The notes beneath the pieces are model-generated. The model did not search any database. It was not told where the DNA came from and worked only from the letters and a program-made list of their open reading frames with translations. Made by a program: the position numbers and the translations under genes. From Callorhinchus milii (lineage: Eukaryota), in NCBI RefSeq assembly GCF_018977255.1, contig NW_024704760.1, positions 3,348,001-3,412,000 on the forward strand: a stretch of DNA of 64,000 nt, in the 5' to 3' direction. Shown piece by piece: positions 56,825 to 64,000 of this stretch. Position 1 is the stretch's first letter; each line of letters begins with the position of its first letter.

Positions 56825-58292
56825 ATTCTCTTCAGCGGTTAGTTTGGCGATGGCGGTAAAATCGCGTCCAGCCCGTCCCGTCGAAATGGGAACGCTGAAA
56901 ATTGATGTTAGGGTGTATGTCTCGGACTGTATAATAAACAAAGCCATCCAGATTTGCTCTGGGCGGAAATCATTCAGCCGTTCAAGCTAAAAGAAAAATG
57001 ATAGCTTGAGAGTAATCACACCTCGCTGAACAGGGTGAGGTTGGCTAAAGATAGTATCTCTTTGGCAACAATGATAGATACCTACTTTTAGACTCTGATG
57101 GAAAAACAGCACCAGACGCTTCATCTCAGTCACTTTCTTTAATTTTCCAGTGCACTAATGCTCCTGTGACTAGCAGTGAGTCAAGTAGGAATATATTTTT
57201 TTTTGCCAGTGAAGCTATTTGTGTTTTTATTAGGTCATTCTCATTGGTTTTTAAAAAAAATCCCGATTTCACACGTCATATCGCCTTTGTTTTGTCGGTT
57301 ATTGTAAAATTATTTGTTTAAAGGTGGTTCTTTCATTTGTATCCGGTGCTGTGATTGGTTGTGTGTCCTTGCCCTCCTTTACTGTTTATTTTGTGAAACT
57401 TGTTCAGCAAATGATAAGACGTATCAAGAGATATCCTCAGCTTATCTGAGATGAGCGCTGAGGGTACGTCTCTGCTTTATTGACTGTTTCCCTCTGAGGG
57501 ATTTAAGAATCTTTGGCAACGGCAAAGGTCGTAGATGAGATAAATTCATACGTCTTGTCAAAACAGAGAAAGTCGGGCTTCTTCTGCTGCATTTTCTCTC
57601 CTGAAGAACTAGTAATTTCTTCTCAAAGGTGAATGAGTAGTTAATTGGCTTGAAACTAATATTAAATGTGTGAAAGGGAATGGGAGAAATTTTTCACAAA
57701 GTACTCATTGTATCTGTGCTACTGGCCCCTCCTGTTTATTACTATGAGTTCACTCCCGGTTCATATCCCTTCATGTTTTTTTATTCCTCAGGTTACCCAG
57801 TTTCCTTTTGAACGATTCTTTTGGGGGAGAAATTCCACTGTTGTCTCGATTCTCTCTCTTTTTGTTTAGCGTTTCAGAGCACGCAGAACGTGCCAAAGTT
57901 GAACACAGTTTTGACTTTGAAACTGCTTTAACGACTTAAAAAAATTGACGGGGGGGGGGGAAAGGGGATTCACAATCAAGCGTTGAAATGCTAGGTACCT
58001 TTAGACTTTCTACTCTTATTAAGCCACCCTCAATAGCCATCCGCAGTAATCAATTCCTCACCCTCTGACTGAAGATACCCGACCTTGACTCTTCCGCTAG
58101 CAATTCTCTGCTCTTTAACTATCTTTAAATCCCACTTTAAGACTTACCTCTTCGACTGCGCCTGTGATCATCCCCCCCCCCAACCACTTTCTGCCTTGCT
58201 AGGCATCCAACCCCACCACTGTACAGTGCTCCGAGTCACTATCTTGCGTGACGGGCTCTATATAAGTGCAAGTTGATGTCTTTGAGATTCTA

Positions 58293-58576
58293 CCTCGCCT
58301 CGCAAGCGAGAGACCTCGGTTCGATTCCCAGCCGGGCGAAACCTTGGGCAAGTTTCCTTACTCCACACACCTGATCGTGATCCCTCAAGAAAAAGACAAT
58401 AATAATTTGCTCAATCAATCCACGACTGTTTGTGGGACGCTGCTGTGCGCAATTGGCTGCTGCGTTTCACCCACAAAATACACAGTCAGTTCACTTTACA
58501 GTGTATCCAGTGAAGCCCTTTGAGACATCTAGAAGACATGAAAAGCACCATATCAAATGCAAGATTATGATTATTA
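58293..58576 (+). mobile_element. 5'-truncated tRNA-derived SINE
   Basis: Anticodon arm, B box, Deu core and tail match the family. Confidence 0.8.
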
Positions 58577-59264
58577 CCCCTTTGTCCCCGCTTGAGTTTT
58601 TCTCTATTTACTTTAGCCGTAATCCCTTCAGAATTTTGAACGCAAAGGAAAGATATTAGGTTCAAGCCATTAATCTACTCTTTGACCACCACAGAGAGTG
58701 ACCTCTCTTATGTTCAATGTGCCTGGTTTTTATTCTCAGTAGTTTTTAAAAATATTTTAAAGGTTGTATGGTACTAAAGCCTTGTTCACACAGCACTTGT
58801 TTTTTGATACCAAGGTCCTGGGATAAAACAGAACCTCTTTTAACAAACATAGTTTGTATTGAAAAAGTTAGCACGGTTTCAGTATGTTTGACTGGGATTA
58901 AATTGCTGGAAACATTTCAGTAAACTTCTGCTTAGATTCCAATTGCTGTTTAAACTCTTTTAAGATGTAGAGACGTTTAGTTGTTAGTGCAGCTTGGCCG
59001 AAAAATCCGCACCTTTCTTTATTCACCTCCCCTTGGAGTAAGAGAACTGCTGTGTAAATAGGCCTTAATACTGCCTTACTATTTATAATGTTTTATATTT
59101 TATTATAAAAGGGCAATCGATTTTTTTTTCAGAAAATGTATAAGTAAATGTAGCGAAAATTACTGTTTTGTTAAAATCGAGTGTTGTACTGAAGGGAATG
59201 TTATTGTATTTTTTCCTGATTATTATCCAGTGATCGTAATCAGTAAAAGAAAACCTACTTGTCC

Positions 59265-59522
59265 CTCGTCCCCTCTGCTCCACCATCGACAGCTGCGTTT
59301 TCACCCACTACGCCCCGAACCTTTGGAATTCTCTCCCCCAATCCTTCCGCCTTGTCCCCCTCCTCCCCCTCTTTTAGATCACGACTGAAGGCCTTCCTCT
59401 TCGACCGTGCTTAGGGTATCCTGCTCCCTCCCGGCTCGGTGTCAGGCTCCGCCATTGTTAAGCACTCTGAGACGCTGTCCCGCACAAATGGCGCCATATA
59501 GATGCAAGTTGTTGTCGTCGTG
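59265..59522 (+). mobile_element. L2 LINE 3' fragment
   Basis: ctttggaattctctcccccaa...gccttcctcttcgaccgtgc plus tail; similar to the 10170 copy. Confidence 0.75.
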
Positions 59523-61245
59523 CTAGCAAAACAACTCGGTCAACCATGTATGGCAATTTGATTGGTGACCAGATCAGCCTCAATGGGCTGACGCGATGAG
59601 CCGCGAGGTTACCGGCAGCAGAAAGGGATCTCATTTTTGTCTGGCGCACAATTCGTCCCATCGGAGCAAAACGCTTTCAGGATAATCAGACTGCATTTGG
59701 CACTTTATAGTCTTTTAATACATTATTTGGGAGACATTTTCGGGTATTGTAAGAGCACAGCTAAAACATAACGGTTGATAAATGGTTGATATTGAAATAG
59801 CATATTCCCCGTAACTGCACAATGTTTAGGAATTGCGCTCAAATCTCATCATTACAAACATAGGAGGTCCTGTGAAACAGTGCTTTTTTTTTTTCAGGGG
59901 GTTTATTTTGTTTTCAGTTTGTGTTTCTCTTCTGACTTTGATGGAACTTCATCCAAGGCCACATTTATGTGGTTGTTTGTCTTTATAAGGAGGTTTGACT
60001 ATGTTTAACCATGTTAACGAAAAACAAAACACATGACGACATATGTGTTGCCTTTCTCTCAGGTCTTTTTTTTTACCAAAAGCGTTGCCACAATGTAATA
60101 TCAAAGAAGCACAGCTGCCGTGCATTTAATCCTTTCTAAAAGTGGTGTTTACTCTAACTGTGCCTCCTTTGAAATGAAGTGCTGCCCAGCCATTCATTTG
60201 GTGCAATAATTATTTTTATCTGGATGACGAGACAAAAAGCACAGCACACCACTGAAGGTTAAGCAGCAGAGGATACCATATGAGTCATACTGGTGACTTT
60301 GGTTTCAACCTTCGTAGGCAGAAGGGAGGATTAAAGGTTGATGTTTGTCAGTCTTGAGGAAAAGAGTTAGTTTGAGTTGAGTTCTGAGTGCAATGCGGAG
60401 AGGAGGAACTGAATATATGACAATATATTTTGAGACGTCACCAAGACGTGTTAAGGCGCCATATCAAATGCAAGGAATATTATTGTATTTCGAGCAGGTG
60501 AGGGAGGAAAGTAAGATAGGCGAGTTCAGTGCCGTGAATTCAAATGTAAAAGCCGGTTGCTGTTCTCTCCCTGGAGTATAAATCAAAACAAAGATTACAG
60601 AGAAGTTTGTGCAGTTGTTTATATTTCACACAAGTCTTCACCCATCCCTTACTCCCTCCCATACCCATCTATTTCACTAACTCTTGTAAGGTTATATTTG
60701 TGAAATCTCTTACACCCTTGTGAAATTCTAGCTTCCTCTTGAATGCATGTATTCTGTGTGATTCAACCACTTCTTCAGACAGCGATTTTCACAATCTTGC
60801 TATATGTTGCACACAGTAGTTCTGCCTAAATTCTTTTTTAGATTCCCCTAATTGCAGGGATTGGCATTTGTTTGTTCCCGGGATTACAGAGTCCTCAACC
60901 AGTAGACACAGCCTATTTATGTTAACCTTACCGAACCCTTTTATGATTTGAAAGACTTCTAATCGGTTTCCCCCTTAAACGTCTCTTCTCTGGGGGGAAA
61001 AAAGACCTAACAGCTGACTGCTGCGGAGATGTTGAGCTGAATAGCTAAAAAAAAACCATACAAGGGTCACCAGTCTATATTGATTCATATTGTCTGATGG
61101 GAAAGAAGCGTAGACAGCCAAAAAGGTTGTTTCCGGTATTCGTTCAATGTGATTTCACTCTTTGGTAGTTACAAAATGTCATCTTTATACGGGGTGGAAT
61201 ATGCAATCATAAAAACCAAGAGATAACCAGAGATGAGTAGGTATT

Positions 61246-61617
61246 TGTGGAGTCCTGTAGCGTTAGGTGGTTAGCACGCTCGCCTCGCAAGTGAGAAGAC
61301 CCAAGTTCGATTCCCGGGTGGGGCAAAACCTTAGGCAAGTTTCCTTACTCCACACGCCTCTGTTTGGCCGAGCAGTAAGTAGGAACCCGGTTGTTCGTCG
61401 ATTGGCGGATCACTTTCCAGCGGTACTAATCCCTCCAAAAAAAAAAGGAAGAAGTTTGGTCACTCACTCCACGACTGTGTGTGAGCCACTGCTGTACACA
61501 ATTGGCTGCTGTGTTTTGCTCACAAAATACAAAATCTATTCTGTGAATCGCTTTGAGACACCTCAACGACGTGATAAAGCGTTCTATCAAATGCAAGGAT
61601 TATTATATTATAATTAT
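61246..61617 (+). mobile_element. tRNA-derived SINE, long subfamily
   Basis: Matches the 42497 and 53130 copies including the internal segment. Confidence 0.85.
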
Positions 61618-62500
61618 GTATTTTATGGGAGGTGGAGTTGTTTTTTTCCCCCCCAGGAGAGAACTTGATTGATCTCTGGACCTTTTCACACTCCTTCCTG
61701 TCTATTTATCTTTGTAGATCTTCATGTCTACTGTAGGAAACAAGAGTGCAATGCACGCAAATATCAATCATTTCTCTGTTTCTCGATGTACAGGTTGGGT
61801 TTATGTCTTGATAAAATGGTCTGATTACATTTGCAAAAAATTACGGCCACTGATTTTACGAATCTGTGTACAATTAACACGATGCTATCTTCCAAACTGT
61901 GACGTCAGAGGTGTCAAAGTACTGTACTGTGATAATATTTTGTAACATAGCTCGACCCTCTTATGAAACCAACGCACAATAATGACCGACTCACTTGGGA
62001 AAAGGAAGACGATTAGCACTTTACACGAACAACGTACAGATTCCTAATGTAATGTATGATTTACGATAAGATCTTAACGTTTACGTTGCTGTATTTATAA
62101 ATGTAATAATGAAATATTTTTTAAAAAATGATCTTTGTAGTTTTTAGATGTTTGTGCCCTGACGATTATTTGAATTATTCTGTGAGTTATAATTTTAATG
62201 TCCGGAAAAAAAGTGAAGGGGGGGGTGGGGGGGAGAAAGGAAAATTCCATGTTTAAAGGAATTCTGACAGTTATCCAAATGGTAGCCTTATTTTGTTTTG
62301 TGCACAGGAAAATTACCAGTGAGCTTGCAAAGTTATTATTACGTTAAGCAACGACGATCAGACACCCAGGCGTTAATTAGAATAACTCTCAGGTTTGTGG
62401 TGAAGAACAAACGTGCTTTTACTCTTCTGAATCGTCTTGTCAAATTGATTTCGGTGTGTATTGACGACTCGTGAGAGTAACTCTTGTATCATCTGAAAGC

Positions 62501-62506
62501 ATTAAA
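62501..62506 (+). terminator. Candidate distal poly(A) signal (ATTAAA) for PFKFB2; proximal AATAAA at 56933-56938
   Basis: Ends an AU-rich 3'UTR-like tract (about 61700-62500) and is followed by T/GT-rich sequence. Confidence 0.3.
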
Positions 62507-62712
62507 TTGTCTTGCGTGGACAAGAAAATACAGTCTGAATTTCTTATGATTATGTGTCAGAGCATTAATCCTTTTAGCTTGCTGGGTCCCTGTGATCGTT
62601 CCCTGTTCCTTCACTCTGTTTGTCACACTCTTGGTTTTCATAGTTAGAGCAATGTCAGTTTGGAAATCATTGTATAAAGCAACAGGGCCTTGCTACAACA
62701 ACAACTTGCTGG

Positions 62713-63560
62713 GAGATGGAGGGGGAGATGGAGGGGGAGATGGAGTGGGGGCGGAGGAGGGGAGATGGAGGAGGGGAGATGGAGTGGGGAGGAGGAGGGG
62801 AGATGGAGGGGGAGATGGAGGAGGGGAGATGGAGGGGAGATGGAGGGGAGATGGAGTGGTGAGGGGAGATGGAGTGGGGGAGGAGGGGAGATGGAGTGGG
62901 GGGGAGGAGGGGAGATGGAGTGGGAGGAGGAGGGGAGATGGAGGGGGAGATGGAGGAGGGGAGATGGAGTGGGAGATGGAGGAGGGGAGATGGAGTGGAG
63001 AGGAGGGGAGATGGAGTGGTGAGGAGGAGGGGAGGGAGTGGGAGAGGAGGGAGATGGAGAGGGAGATGGAGAGGGAGATGGAGAGGGAGATGGAGAGATG
63101 GGGGGAGGAGGGGAGATGGAGAGAAGGGAGGAGGGAGATGGAGAGGAGGGGAGATGGAGAGATGGGGGGGTGGAGGGGAGATGGAGAGAAGGGGGGAGGA
63201 GGGGAGATGGAGAGGAGGGAGGAGGGAGAGAGAGAGGAGGGAGATGGAGGGGAGATGGAGAGGAGGGGAGATGGAGAGAGGGGGGAGGAGGAGAGATGGA
63301 GAGATGGGGGGGAGGGGAGATGGAGAGAAGGGGGGAGGAGGAGAGATGGAGAGGAGGGGAGATGGAGAGAAGGGGGGAGGAGGGGAGATGGAGAGGGGGA
63401 GGAGAGGGGGAGATGGAGAGAAGGGGGAGGAGGGGAGATGGAGAGGAGGGAGGAGAGGGGGGAGATGGAGAGAAGGGGGGGAGGAGGGAGATGGAGAGGG
63501 GGAGATGGAGAGGGTGGGGGGGAGAAGTGGAGGTGAGGGGGGGATGAGGGAAGCGAGGGA
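62713..63560. repeat. Polypurine-rich (GGAGATGGAG-like) degenerate minisatellite
   Basis: Direct inspection; about 850 bp almost devoid of C. Confidence 0.9.
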
Positions 63561-64000
63561 GGGAGGGAGGGCGGAGGGGAGCGCGCGTGCGCAGTTGCAG
63601 GAAGCGGAGAAGGGGCGGGAAGCCGAGTGACGGTTGGGCGCGTGGCGGCCCGCGGGGGGGAGAGGGGGAGGGGGCGGTGATGCAGGTGCGGCTCAGGTCA
63701 GTTCACATCTATATAGCAATGCGCCGGGAGGGAGGAGAGGAGAGTGGCGGTGACGAGGGAGACTGAGGCTGAATTTATTTGAGGAAAATTTATTTGAGGA
63801 GAATTTATTTGAGGAGAATTTATTTGAGGAGAATTTATTTGAGGAGAAGAAAAAAGAAGCGACACTTATTCCCACCCCCCACCCCCCCAACCGTCGATAA
63901 AGCGCGAGGGGTCGTTGCGGAACCGTCTGAGTGGAATCGATATCGATTTGGGGGCAATATATATCGATATCCATATCGAGTCCGTTTGTCCGTCGTGTGT
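63560..64000. promoter_or_regulatory. Start of a CpG island, probable promoter/5' end of the next gene
   Basis: CpG-rich, with GC boxes (GGGGCGG), GGAAG ETS-like cores and an NRF1-like GCGCGTGCGCA. Confidence 0.55.
63771..63845. repeat. 15-bp tandem repeat (GAATTTATTTGAGGA) x5
   Basis: Five adjacent copies with one mismatch in copy 2. Confidence 0.95.

Noticed and set aside
62592-63630. Long ORFs (314, 253, 169 aa) rich in G/E/R
   Set aside because: Translations of the GGAGAT polypurine repeat, open in all three frames only because the repeat lacks stop codons.
63771-63845. CRISPR-like repeat array
   Set aside because: Head-to-tail 15-mers without spacers in a vertebrate genome; a minisatellite.

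Overview
Vertebrate genomic DNA, most likely from a cartilaginous fish (inferred chimaera/holocephalan, from the abundant tRNA-Ala-derived Deu-domain SINEs plus L2 and CR1 LINE 3' fragments). Three spliced protein-coding genes were reconstructed by hand in the same order and orientation as the human 1q32 block: C1orf116/SARG (minus, 3 coding exons, 556 aa), YOD1 (minus, 2 coding exons, 303 aa) and PFKFB2 (plus, 14 coding exons, about 454 aa). YOD1 and PFKFB2 are head-to-head across a CpG-rich promoter with a dense E-box cluster. Main observations: (1) PFKFB2 coding exon 8 is 1 nt short (CCC where CCCC is needed, 47162-47164), shifting the frame at the kinase/bisphosphatase boundary while all downstream exons stay intact; an assembly homopolymer error is the most likely cause. 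(2) The gene ends in a PFKFB1/PFKFB4-type terminal exon rather than the mammalian heart-type RRNS regulatory tail. (3) SARG carries a 44-aa internal duplication. (4) There are nested retroelement insertions. Most other ORFs in the track are spurious translations of repeats or low-complexity DNA. I found no convincing wholly new multi-gene system. All coordinates were counted by eye and repeat boundaries are approximate.
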